A DNA stretch of 64,000 nt, taken from assembly GCA_030390025.1 (NCBI GenBank), contig CM059430.1, forward strand, positions 32,736,001 to 32,800,000. The letters run 5' to 3'. The stretch is from Squalus acanthias (Eukaryota). The notes beneath the pieces are model-generated. The model did no database searches. It had not been told where the DNA came from and saw only the letters and a program-made list of their open reading frames with translations. Each line of letters begins with the position of its first letter. Position 1 is the first letter of the stretch. A program made the position numbers and the translations under genes. This document shows, one piece after another, positions 25,775 through 38,773 of the stretch.

Positions 25775-26953
25775 TGTAGGGGGTGGTGTGTAGGGTCAGT
25801 TTCACCTCTGACTCAATGAGCGGTTTGAATCGCTCCCACGCCCCTGGTTCTAGACCTTGGACTTATTTAGGGGTTGTGAATAAAGGTGCAGTAGACAACA
25901 GGTTTGATGAAAGAACACAACACAAACACTCTTATCACTCTAAAGGTGGGGAACACTTCGGTACAAGCGAGGGTAATAACATTAGAAGAATACTTCACCC
26001 CTCCCAATCCCACTTCACTAGCTAGGTTGGACTCTGGAGAACCAGGGATAATACTCACCAAACGAATCCTTGACAGTTTAGAGTTAGGGTTTAGAGTCTT
26101 TTGAGTAAAAGGTTTCGTATGGCCCTTGTTGCCGCGAGGTGTCCAATGGTCACTGAGGCAGTCGCTCTGGTTTCTTCTTGCGTGTCGGTCTGCTTGTGAA
26201 GTTGTTGGCCTTCTTTGTTGAACTTCTTGCTGTAACTCTGCCTCTGTTTAAACTGTCTTCTTCTGAGCTGTGGAACTGCCTTCTTGCAGAACTGTGGAAA
26301 CTGCCTTCTGCCTGCTTGTCCTGAACTCTGTTCAACACAGGCTTTCAATTCTGTTGAACTTGAAACTCTTTACTGGAGAACTTCAACTGTTGTAACTGCT
26401 TGATGGGCCTTCAATTATACTAAATTGAAGTGGCCTTGTCAAAATCAAATCCTGGTCATTGTAAGACCTTGTTAACCGTAACAACTTTACTAAGTGTCAA
26501 ATGGCTTGCGTCCTGTCGATCTCTTCGGTTGATTACAGGTGATTGGTTTTGTGTTTTGGGTTTCTAGGCTGGACTCGGGTTTTTCTATAGAATGTTCCTG
26601 AGCGATTTGAATTATGCATGGTTTGATGGGTCTGTGTTTTGGGTGGGGCTGCCTTCTCGCAGGGCCTATTGTCCAAATGTTAATGCTTGCTGGGGTTTGA
26701 GTGAGGTCATCCCGATTCCCAGACAATGCAATTTAACTGCAATACCCAAAACTGCTATTACAGAGGTTGAACCCACCTCCTGTGCAGCCTTTTCTCCCTT
26801 ACAGGTCCAGACATGTCTTTTTAAAATGCCAAAACTTGGTTTTTGGTCTTAAATTCCTTATGTTAGGCCCAAATACATTTTTATCACTCTGGGATAGTTC
26901 CAAAGTCCTTTTTCCTTAGGTTTTGGGGATCTGCAAATTTTGGAAACCTTACA
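25775..26953 (-). mobile_element. Solo LTR B (1179 bp), diverged subfamily of LTR A/C
   Basis: Reverse complement TGTAAGGTTTCC...CCCCTACA; 4-bp TSD TATA. Confidence 0.85.
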
Positions 26954-27173
26954 TATAGGACTTTTTTTCTGATATTGGTCTGCCCCAGAGATGGACTTGC
27001 CACATGAAGGGTCATTCAGTAACACTATTTAAAGGGCTCATCCACTACTTACAGGTTAGTTGCTGGTTTGTTATTTGAGACTGCTGGTTAACTCTGTGCA
27101 TTTTGTGGCTTGTTTTCTGACTGAAAACTTAAGCCTGACTGCTGAAAAAGATTTGGCTGCCTTCTAAACAGTT

Positions 27174-27958
27174 GGGCCTGCAGTTTCCTCCATATTTGCA
27201 CTCAAAATTGTGCTAGTTTTGCAAAGTGAATTTTTTGCTCAAGTTTTCGCTCAATCTCATTTGCATATCACAGAACGTAAAATTTACCATGAACCAGCAC
27301 AATCGTAATTTTCTAATTAAATTTTGCATTAAAAAATATTCCTTTGATATATTTAAGAGTGGTAACTTGGTGCAGCTTTATAAATACAGCTGAAAATGGA
27401 TTTGGCCCCAAAGTAAAATGTTTAGTCCACCACCTGTGAGTAACCGGATTTTAAATAACTGAAAATGACTTTAAAAAACTATACAGAACCATTTACTAGT
27501 TACATTGATGTACAACAGTCAGTTTTAGTAAATTTAAAAAAATTAAAAGGTTTTAAAACATGCCAGTGAGTGTCCCTGCGCCTAAATAAAAACCAACATA
27601 ATTTTAAGAGCCTCCTCGAAGACCTGCAAACGGGCGCAATTAGCGGAAACTCGCAGTGGTGATTAATTCAATATGGGGGTGTGGCCAGTTTTGTGGGCGG
27701 GGCCGGCTTCTAGTGCAATGTTTTTTAAACTAGCGCAAACAGAGCGTGGAAACTCAAAGAAGAAACATACTGGTGTGGATTCAGCATTTCCTTGGGTCCT
27801 GATTGTTTACACTGATTTCCACTGAATTATGCTCATTTTAAGCTCGGGCGCATTCTAATGAAATTGAGAAGATACTTGGGGCGTAACTTGACATCAGCGA
27901 TTGGGTGCTTTTTCAGGTCTAACTTTCGGGTTGCACCCAAGGAGGAAACTCCAAGCCT
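27174..27958. mobile_element. Harbinger-like MITE (about 785 bp)
   Basis: 18-bp TIR GGGCCTGCAGTTTCCTCC / GGAGGAAACTCCAAGCCT. Confidence 0.7.
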
Positions 27959-27970
27959 CATTCTGCAGTC

Positions 27971-29028
27971 ATGGGCTGCCTTTAGGGCTGGAGGAGGGCG
28001 AACAGCAAGGAAGGCAGGAGAGAGCAGGAGCAGCTTACAGAGAGAGGAGGAGGGCTCTACAGAGGAGGCCATATCCACAGCTGGTCTTCAGGGAGCACTT
28101 CTCCTACCTGAACTTCACTGAGGAGCAATGACTCCGATGCCGCTGCTTCACAAAGCAGTCTATCACCGAGCTATGTCACCTGCTGCAGCAACAACTTGTA
28201 TACAGGACATGGACAGCACAGCCTGTGGCTGTCAAGGTCACCGTGGCCCTTCACTTTTGTGCAACAGGCTCCTTTCAGGCTGCAGCAGATGACATCAGCA
28301 ACATCTCACTGTTCGCAATCCACCACTGTATCAGCAGAAGGAACATCTACATCTCTTTCTAAATGGACAGAGCAAAGCAAGATGATTAGACTTCGCCCAC
28401 GGTGCACGCTTACCTATGGTCCAAGGTATCATAGACTGCATCTACATTGCCTTGCGTGCTCCCAATCACCAGCCTGGCTTCTTTCTCAATAGAAAGAGAT
28501 TCCACTCCCTCAGTGTCCAGCTGGTGTGTGACCACAGGCAGCGTATCGTGTCGCTCTGTGCCCAGTTTTTGGCAGTAGTCATGATTCATTCGTCATGCGC
28601 CAGTCCTCTGTGCCGCCTTTATTCCAACCAGGCCGTCTGGTTGCTGGCTGGCTACTGGGAGACGAGGGCTATCCCTCTGAGACATGGCTCATAACTCCTG
28701 TCAGGAACCCTGGCACAGACACAGAGCTGGAATACAATAAGAGCCATGCTGCCGCCACGAACGTCGCCGAACAGATAGTCAGCATCCTCAAACAACACTT
28801 TTCTGCTGCCTGGACTGTTCTGGAGAAGCTTTGCAGTATAGCCCTGAGCGGGGATCTAGATTTGCCGTCATCTGCTGCATGCTCCATAACTTTGCCATTG
28901 TGAGGGACCGGCCTGGGCAGAAAAAAGTGCAGCAGGAGGAGGAGCAGGGAGAGACGTATGAAGAGGAGGAGCATAGGCTGCATTGGCCACCAGTGCCTTT
29001 AGAACTAATCCAAAAACGCCTCACATGA
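27971..29028 (+). pseudogene. Harbinger (HARBI1-like) DDE transposase, frameshifted
   Basis: QGIIDCIYIALRAP, NRKRFHSLSVQLVCD, WLLGDEGYP, YNKSHAA and CCMLHNFAI motifs spread across frames. Confidence 0.9.
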
Positions 29029-30206
29029 ACCATTCCTTCCATCCCCAATACACCAACAGTTCTGCATTTCTTAGCATCACCATCCTTATTACCCCCTCCA
29101 ACTGCCTTCCTTCTGTCCAGCCTTATGGGTCTTACTCTCACTTCACTACAAATAGAACCACCAGCACCAAATTCATACCAGAAAATAATTTATCTAACAA
29201 CTCAATTCCATCTTTGTCAAATATTTAACAGTAATAATTAAGAATCACCCTTGTGCCAGTCTTGTGTGCTCGTTTACCTGTCCTAGTGCTCCTATGAGGT
29301 GTATCCACAGTGGTTACCACTTGGGAGGTGGAAGTCAGCTGAGCTTCTGTTGAGGTCACTTCAGACGGCCGTGGTGGGAGACCTCGAGAAGCTCTGGGCC
29401 TTGAGTGCCTGGCTGGAGACAGGAGCTGATGTCTGTGCTGGTGCTTCGGAGGGTTGAAGCAAATGCTGGTGCTTCTTCAGGAGGATTGTCCTCCACCGAG
29501 TAATGTTCTGTAGGCTCCAGGAGCATCTTGGTGTGAGCTTGGGCAGTCTGGCCCAGCTGGCTTTGTGGCACTAATAAGGGTACTGGCGGAGTGGGTGGCA
29601 AGGGAGCAGGCATGCTGTCGTCCTGAGAGGGAACAGAAGGTGCCTCTCCCATGGAGCCAAGGCCACTCTCCTGGGATTGTGCCTTATCACTACTACGGCT
29701 CTGCGGGAAACCAGAGTGCAGGAGTGATGCGACTCTAGAAGCCCAGGTCGAACATGGCCCCCAAAGCCAAGACAGCAGCTGTCTGAACTTCTATGGCAGC
29801 AGAATGAGCTGGCATGGAAGCTGTCAGCAGAGGCTCCATCATGGTGAACCTAGGAAAAGGGGAAAGGGCAAGGGTCAGCATAGCACGGAAAGGCTAGCCA
29901 GTAGCAAATGATTGGCAGCACTATACTGCACCAGTTTGCCACATTGCCTGAATGTGTGAATGCTTGAGGAAAGAGAATAGGTACAAGTAACAGCAGACAC
30001 CCTGCTGAGCATGGTCGCCAGCCTCCTTACTCTGCCTGCTCCCAAAATGTCCATTGTTGCCTCCTCCAACTAAGTGAGGGCCAGGAGAGAGTTTGGCCCT
30101 CCCCGGTTTTGGTCCTCTCCCTGTTTTTGTGAGCCAGCTTCTCCTACAGAAACAGAGGGAGCGAGCTAGTGAGAGCTTGTTGTAAAGGGCTGTGCATGTG
30201 TGAGGC

Positions 30207-30556
30207 AACAACAACAACAACTTACATTTATATAGCGCCTTTAATGTAGTAAAACCTCCCAAGGCGCTTCACAGGAGCGTGATCAAACAAAATTTGACAC
30301 CAAGCCACATAAGGAGATATTCGGGCAGATGACCAAAAGCTTGGTCAAAGAGGTGGGTTTTAAGGAGAGCTTAAAGGAGGAAAGAGAGGTCAAGAAATGG
30401 AGAGGTTTTGGGGAGGGAATTCCTGAGCTTGGGGCCTCAGCAGCTGAAGGCACAGCCGCCAATGGTGGAGGGGTTAAAAATCGGGATGCCTAAGAAGCCA
30501 GAGTTGGAGGAGTGCAGATATCTTGGAGGGTTGTAGGGCTGGAGGAGGTAACAGGC
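30207..30556 (-). mobile_element. L2 LINE 3' fragment
   Basis: (CAA)n tail; LQPYNPPRYLHSSNSG motif. Confidence 0.85.
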
Positions 30557-30891
30557 AGCTTCATATCGTGTGCATGCTGAGAGGGAGAAGTGCCAACTTG
30601 TGAGTAGGATGGGGAAGTGGGCATGTATAAGAAATTGGCTCCAGTGCAAAGTGGGAAAGCAGTCAGCAGACCAATGAAGTGCTTGGCAGTTGCTATCGGA
30701 TGTAAGCGGAATGCTGTTACTGCCTGTTGTAAGGGCAGCAGCAATGGGTGAGTGTTTGATTGGAATGAGGAGACTTAGTACTGTGTAATCTTGTGATTGG
30801 TGGAGTAGCACATGGTACAAGGGAGGGAAGTGTTTGGAGTGCTCGGGGTTAGGGGATGTGGTGTGGCCAGGTGTAATGCCGAGAAATAGAG

Positions 30892-31140
30892 CTAGAAAGA
30901 CCCTTGCTGTCCGGGACAGGTTGATGAAGCGTTTCCGGTACTGAACCCATGTGCTGGGGGTGATGGTGTGGTGTTGACATTGTCTGCCCCCTCGCTGTAG
31001 TCCTGCTGCAGCATCTGTTTCGGCACCTTTCTGTCATCTGAAGGGAATATGACCTGTCTACGTGCCTTCACCTGCTCCACTAGCACTTCTACCTCTGTAT
31101 CTGAGAAGTAAGGTGCTTTTGCCTGATGTGCAAAAGCCTC
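30892..31140 (-). pseudogene. Harbinger Myb/SANT-like DNA-binding protein, first exon remnant
   Basis: AKAPYFSDTEVEVLVEQVKARRQVIFPSD, typical of Harbinger ORF2/NAIF1-like proteins. Confidence 0.75.
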
Positions 31141-33343
31141 CGAGCATTGATTTGAACGACGTCTCACAAGAGATGCATTTGCGAGCCCGCCAGAAATCCC
31201 TCCCTCCCTGAGATCGGTGAGATGAAAACCGGATGTGTTCTACAACGGGTGGATGATTTGCTCTGCCAGGCGATGAAGATGAGAATTTACCCCAGTGGAT
31301 CTGAACACAGACAAAAATGCTATGTACTAAAGCAAGCACTCCTTCAAAAATGTAGGCATGATAATTATCTTAAAATCTTAATTACTTTGGTTAAATTGTG
31401 AATTATAAATTTAAAATATGAAATAATATAACAGCAGAGAGAAAGGTCTAAGCCTATTCATTTTATGCAATTGGTAACCAGTTCTTAAATGTTTTATCAC
31501 ATCAAAACATTTATACTGTTAAAACCATTTAAATGTCAAATATTCCATTTCCCAGGAAGTATAAGGTATAAAATTTTCAGTACGAGTACAAAAATATTTC
31601 AAGTTAAGCAGCCACTTGTGAACACCTGTCAAGCCGCAGTACTCTTATGTGTGTCCTTCATATCCTACAATGGTACTTACAGACAAAATGAATGTAGTAG
31701 ATGTAGACAAAATGATGCTGTAACACACTTAAAGAAAGCTTTTATACCAGTGGCAATTCCCTCAGTATAACAGTAACACTGCAGGCATAAAATGAGTGAG
31801 TTGTAGTCTCCAGCGTTTCCAAACCTCGGGTAGTGACATTCAGAGTTGGAAGATAAAGACAGCTTGATCGCTTCAGAGAAATGCCTTATGATATGTGCTG
31901 ATATAATTACCTAGTCTTTATTGGCAATTTACTTTCTGCTTTTAGGGACATTTTAGAGCAAATGTAGTTTTCTTCCTTCAAAGAAACGTAGTGGTATTTC
32001 TTTTTTCCCTTGGGTTAAGGCAAAAATTGAGTTGCAGGGTCATTAGATATGTGACATTGTTATAATATGCCTTATGTCATTGAAAACTTAGCATACCATA
32101 CTACTAAATGGAGACAGTCTTTCTACTGACTTTAGTATTTAGAAATGCTCACATTAATAGATCATGTTTATTGGATATTCATTGTAATAGTGTTACAGTA
32201 TGCATTTCTCATTTTGGTTAAAATCTTTTAAGTGCTATGTCGGAATCCTCAAGATGACTGGCTGTCTTTAGAACAGGAATCATCAGCATGTTTGGAAATA
32301 TCTTCATTTCACTGCAACTAGCCAATCAGTCCAAGGCTCTGTTCCACAGCGAGTGCCTGTTTCTGACTGAGGCCAGCTCACCCACCAGGTAGTCATCAGT
32401 GGTACTGTTATAATACTGAAAACTGTGAAGAGCTGATTTGACCGCGATTATGCACCACATTAGAGAACAGGTCCTGTCGAGCCTGTTCCAAGGCTGGATG
32501 GACTGCGACCCTTTATATATTTCAAATGAAGTGTTCCATTGGGTCACAGTTCCGTCACTGGCTATGTTCTCTCATCGTTTGACCAGAAACACTTTATTAT
32601 TTGAAATTCTGTTTGAGAGCATTTTTTTGTACGATTGTATAATCTTCAGCAGTAGTGGTGTTTAACAAAACGTGCCTGGTGAATCTCCTTTGTTAAATAA
32701 ACATTTGGATACGGTGGCACAATTCCTGTTGAGTGCATCGAGGCTGAGAATATGTCGACACTGGAGCAGCATCGAGTAGACTGGCAGGGACATGTAAAGG
32801 GTGGGTGTCCAAAAAAAAAAAATTGCAAGAAAGGCTTGGAGACGAATGCTGACATTCAGGCAGTGCAAGAGTGAGAGCAGAGAGTTAAATACATCCGTGA
32901 TAGTCAAGAACAGACAGTGCAGCTGTATGGAGTTATTGAAATCAGTGTTAAGGCACTCGGGCGAATAACTATATCTTAACCCTCTTCCACTTAGGAATTT
33001 TCCAGTGTGACCTCCCTGGTTCCTAGGATTTAGAGTTAACTGAATGTTCCCATATATCTCTGCCAAGATCAAGTCAATAAAAATTCTCCAAATGTCTAAT
33101 TGTAACAACCAGTATCATAGCTGTACTTGCAGTGAAGCAAAGTTAAAAGCACTGTAATTGATTCTAAAATGTACAAAAGGATGTGACCATGCGAAGATTT
33201 CTGTTGCTGTTTTGAGCATACATGCCAATCCTGAAAACTAGTAAAAGTTCAGCAATAGATTCAACAAACCAACGCACCCCCCAAAAACTCAGGCTTGCCT
33301 TTGAGTATAGGGTTATAACATATGAGAACTGTAGTGGGTAATT

Positions 33344-34002
33344 ACATAGAATTTACAGCACAGAAACAGGCCATTAATGCTCCACATGAGCCTCCCCCCA
33401 CTCTGTTTACTTCATCTCACCCTATCAGCATAATCTTCTATTCCTTTCTCCCTCATGTAATTATCTAGCTTTCCCTTAAATGCAAATATGCTATTTGCAT
33501 TAACTACTCCACCTTCTCACCACGCTGAGTAAAGTGGTCATAGGCTCTTTGTAACTTAAGTATCAGGTATACCCAATGTTCATCACTTATATTGAAGGGA
33601 AAAAGAACTAAAGTACACATAGAGCATTTTGCAGCAGTGACAGATATAAACATTTCTGAAGGAGGTGCATACATGCCAACTGCCCACATTTTGCATGGAT
33701 GGTCAGTGTTGCGCCCAGGTCCAGGGCATCCGAGTTCAGGTTTCAAAATCAGTGCGGAGCTGAGTCCCAGCTGCTCCTCCACTGAAATTTTCAGGTTCCC
33801 CACTCTCCTGTTTTGCCTCTCCAGTCTAGGAACAATGAAGTCAATTGTAATTTCAGCTCTGCAGTAAATAAAAAGTAAGAACCTGTGCATTGAGATTGAG
33901 CTGCAGTGGCCGATGGGACAGTTCAAAGAGTGGAGAATCATAGAATCATACTGCACAGAAGGAGGCCATTTGGCCCATCGTGCCTGTGCCGGCTCTTTGA
34001 AA
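33344..34002 (-). repeat. Two short CR1 3' tail fragments (about 33344-33520 and 33935-34002)
   Basis: (CATAGAAT)n...CAGAAGGAGGCCATT(T)GGCCCATCG tail motifs. Confidence 0.6.
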
Positions 34003-37000
34003 AACAAATTATACCAAATTGCTTCAATTGTGGGATGACTCATCACTGTTACTTTTTTAGACCATCAGCCTTTCTCCCATGATGTTGCTCACAGCTCGCC
34101 TGGGGTCTTGAAAATGGCTGTGATGTTCAGCTGCTATCCTGGCTTGTTCTTCTAAGGCCACTGCACTGAAAAGGCAAATTCAGGTAATTGTTGTTACTTA
34201 TAAAGGGCTGAGGTCAATCAGAGGGCAGTCGTGTCCGCTTGCAAGCTTCAGGTCGATGTCTGGCTTTTTTTTCTAATTTCTAACAAAGCTTGGCACTTTA
34301 CTGTGTGATGTGCAATGTGCACTGAACATGCATTACATAATGGATGATGGGGGAATTTCTGCTGGGATTCCCTGGAAGTGCGGCGTAAACAAAGTTACGG
34401 CAATGAGCGGGAGAACCTCAGCGGAAATCCGGCCCCAAGATATACGTCAACATCACACACACATTCAGCAGCCATTTTCCACATAGCAGTTTTATGATTG
34501 GCTCCCAGTACTGCAAGCACATGATCCTAGAATATTGATTTAAATATAGAGACTGACCTAAATTAAAGGCTGGACTATTCTAGTAAAACAGGATCAGAAT
34601 TCTGGAGTGTAAGTGTCGACACTCTGTTGAATGAGGCACAGACCCAGGCTCTGCCATCACAGAGCTGCGAGCAAACAGCTTGTTTCCCAGTGCATTATAT
34701 GTCCCTGTTTATTCAAATTGAATTCATTAACTTGCAAATTTTGGGATGTTATCTCAATGGCTGGATAATTTGTTAATTATTCATCAAAATCCTGAAGAAT
34801 ATAGAACACACAGGAGTCTTGTTGAGATGTCAAGCAACAATTGGCCACAGAAGTGATGACTGAAGATAAGGTGACCACTAACATACCTGTTCAATTGTTT
34901 GGTTAGAATCGTCTGTCAAAATTCGCCAGTCCATCTATTTGCCTGATGGCAAGATTGTTTTCAAGTCCTGATTAAACTGATTTAATTCAACAAGAAATGT
35001 TTTTTTTTAAATTCCACTATGTGTTGTGACATATGTACATGGAATTTTAAACCTAATAATGCAATAAAAGGGTTCATTCCACATGGAGGGGCAGATCAGG
35101 CGATTTTGACACATCTGTGTAAATAGAGCCAGAGTGTGAAAGAGTTAATTTGCAATGTTCAAATTTTGAGTAATTGTTTTAGTGTTAAGGTAGCTTGCAA
35201 TTTCTCTGTTAATAGTATGAGAATAATTTGAATTATTTGTAATTTATAGAAGCTGTGGTAATTTAATCTGAATTCATTCAATATGCTTAATCAGTCATGG
35301 TTATTTAATACATTTCCTCAACCTCTCACTGAACAAGAAGCTGTGACTGAATATCTAGCTGTTTCTCCTTACCCTCAAACAAAAACCTGTTGTTGTGGCA
35401 TGCAGCACATTACATTTCATGAATGCTAGAAACATGCAACACTAAACTATGTGTATAGAATTGGCGAATGAGGTTACCGTGATCATCAAATTCAGATTTT
35501 AAAGATTTTTCTTCCATTCTGTGTTTGATGAGAACTGAGCTCCTGACAGGTGAAGCAGAAAGTCATTTTTCAACTGAAATGCCAAGTAGCTGTACATCAT
35601 TTATATTCTGTCAAAAATTAACCAATAAACATGCGAATGGTTCCTTGCAAAAGCACAGTATGTACTGTGCTGATCGTGACTTTTTGGGGGGGCTTATGAT
35701 TCTTTTTTACAGAAAGTAACTCATTAAGATCTTCAGTGAGATGCCATCATTGCCCCACGAAAAGAAGCATGCCATTCACCTTTTTCGTTTTGTAATGTTT
35801 ATTACAATGTATAAAGGAGGGGGTTGGGACTGGAGAAAGAGAAAATTCTTCTACAGTGGACCCCTTCTACATATAACATGCCAGGTTATACAAAAAGAAC
35901 TTCAAACCAAGCTTGATGTAGTAGGATTGAATGCAGCAGTACAATATCCACACTGGGACTTGGTCAAAATTGCCCAATGTAAATGAGTTTTAACGTTATT
36001 TTGTGCGGAGTATGGTGAGGGTCAGAGGTAAAGCTGAGCTCACAGCACAGGCCCCATAATTCAGTCTCAATGCCAATGTCAGAATGATGTCCCCTAGAGA
36101 TTGTTTCCATTTCTATCATTAACCCTTTCAATTGTACCCCTCAATGCTGGGACCACTAAATTTGGGGTCGTCATACATTGTGTATTCATTTTGCTAGTGC
36201 CTTTATGGATTCACTAAGAAGAAATCTCATCTTTCTCTGGAATGTATTCCAACCCAGGTGATCAAATGAGACCAAATTGAAATGCAGTGACTTTACAACT
36301 GCACCCATAATGTTGAATCCAGGTGTGCCTCCACTGGTGACTTGATTGTGGTCCTTCCTTTGGTGCCAGTTTGGTGATTTCCAGACATCACTGAAATAGG
36401 CCAAAGCCTACTGAGGTTAAAAAGAAAACTGTGAATGCTGGAAACCTGTGGAAAGAAAATGCTCGATTTGCACAATAGGTTGAGAGAAAAGCATTTCAGG
36501 TGTAAACTCCATCGGAACTCGTATTTGTGTTCTGATGAGGAGTTCCACCAATAACATTATAATTGATCTTTCTCTTTTTATTTCAAAGGCTTTCTGATTT
36601 GGATTCACTTATGTTGGTGAACCAGGACCAATACCATCACTGGAAAATGTACAATCAGGGGACATTATGTCACAGCGTCCTGGCATGCTCGTGTAAATGT
36701 GTTGCTTCATTGAGCTCTGCAGTGCTGGCAATCACTGCCATGGTGCAAAGGTTTCACTGCCCCTCAGCCTGCGCCATTTGAGTGCAGTTTGGCATTTTCA
36801 AACAAGAAAAGTCTATTGCATCGCAGATCAATTGGAATGTAGTCCGAAGACAGCGTGTAAACCCGTTAAATTTCACTTTTAAAAGAAACAATTTTATGTA
36901 CTTAACTCCCCTCATTCAGTCAGTGAAAATGACACTGTTTAATAAAGCACGAGATGTTATTAATGGAGAACATATTAGTATTTTTTAATCACATGCAGCA

Positions 37001-38584
37001 GTACAAATTCAGGTCCTCAAAATGTATTTGAATGAATTGGCATTTTGGATCCCTTCAGTTGTTTAAAAAAGAGAGAGAAATAGCGTTTTAGAAAAGGGGA
37101 CTTGTATTGTTTGGTTGAAGAAGACAACATTTCCCTTGCTACATATATCTGTAATTAGAGAGCAGTGGCATTGGTATTCTTTTGGATGATTCTATCCGAC
37201 AACTCTATTAATGGGGGTCAAGTCTTGAAAATAATTCAAGACAGACCTTTACTGAAATGTATAGACTAGCCCTAAGCCACACCTTTCAATCATATAATTC
37301 TCATTTCAGACCTTGACATCCTAGTTCATGTTTGAAAAAAGTCTAAGTTCCATGTCAGTGGCTGACTGTGCAGCTGAATATCCGTCCTGCTTAAATCTGC
37401 TGGCAAATAGCTGGAGGTGACATAACCTTTCATGTAATACTGCTGTGTACATATACAAATAATTGAGGCTCTTGACCCTGTCGACGTACATACAACTGTA
37501 AGTACAAACCTGACATTTTGATACTAAGCGTAGCCTTTTCACTTGTTATTTTCTGTTTCAATAAACCATTGTGGGTTATAAAATGAAAGAAGGAAACATG
37601 ACTGATTAATGCTGTCAAAGAAAGGTAGTTACGAGAAAGCTAACAGCTTTTTTAGTGAATATTTCCAAAATGATATGAAGACTTCGAGTGTACTTTGAAC
37701 AACTTAACAGCTAAATTTAAAAAAACCTCCAAAGTTGTAAAGCATCCATTTAACCTTAAAAAAAACTGATGGTTTTGACCAAACTGGGTTTCTGCTGCTT
37801 AATATATATTTTTCGAGTTAAAATTTGCGTACAAACAATGCAACAAAAGGAGAGATGAAACATGAACATTTATCAATGCAAACAGTTCATATTGAATAAA
37901 CATGAGTAAAAATCTAAAACTGCTTTGAAAGCTCTCAAAAAGTTGCATTTAGAATAAACGAACACCCTCTACTCACTCCATCTCCAACACAGCATATCCA
38001 TGGCAAATAATTACCATGATTTTTATGCAACAAGGTCATTTTGATCAGTCATTGAACCAACTGCTGTGAGCGTCACAGTCTCCTGAGTGGTTTTATCCAC
38101 TCATGAAAACTGGTAAAAAATCTTAAGCACGATTCATGGAAAAAGGGGGTGAGTGGCCTTGTGCGTGTGCAAAATTGCTGCTGAAGGTCAGGAGCACACG
38201 GGAGCCAGGTAAAATTGCAGCTGATGTGTGACAGTACAGGCACAGAGTGATTGCCATACTGGCAGCTGCTCTAAGTGTGCTTCTCGTCACGCAGGAAACT
38301 ACATGTTGAAGAGCATTAGGTATGGAAATGTTTCGAAATGTTCAGAAAGGCCGATGCAGAGCAAGGTCCCGTGAGGCTACACTGAGATTGCCAGGCAGGG
38401 CACCAATGTAGGAAAGAATAGGAATAACTAACATAGACCAGCATTCAGTTTTAGAGGTTGCTTGAATTTTTAAAGCTAGATGATCTGTATCCCTCTACAG
38501 AGACCAGTAACAGGACTACACATTATCTATATTTCTTTAAATGCATCAGCCTATAATCTGTGTTGCAGCCTTTGGACACCCATG

Positions 38585-38773
38585 TTTTTTAAAAATTCAT
38601 TAATGGGATCAGGGCGTCGCTGGCAATGCCAGCATTTATTGCCCATCCCTAGTTGCCCTTGAGAAGGTTGTGGTGAGCCGCCTTCTTGAACCGCTGCAGT
38701 CCGTGTGGTGATGGTACTCCCACAGTGCTGTTAGGTAGGGAGTTCCAGGATTTTGACCCAGCGATGATGAAGG
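38585..38773 (-). mobile_element. 3' tail fragment of the tRNA-headed LINE family
   Basis: Closely matches 56381-56569. Confidence 0.85.

Larger units (their letters stand above)
25500..31293. mobile_element. Decayed autonomous-type Harbinger transposon with convergent transposase and Myb genes (left end uncertain)
   Basis: Both genes present; right terminus GAGAATTTACCCC; interrupted by solo LTR B, a MITE and an L2. Confidence 0.55.

Noticed and set aside
32359-32399. CTGATGA...GAAAC on the minus strand as a hammerhead
   Set aside because: Stem II closing bases do not pair and no stems I/III were found.
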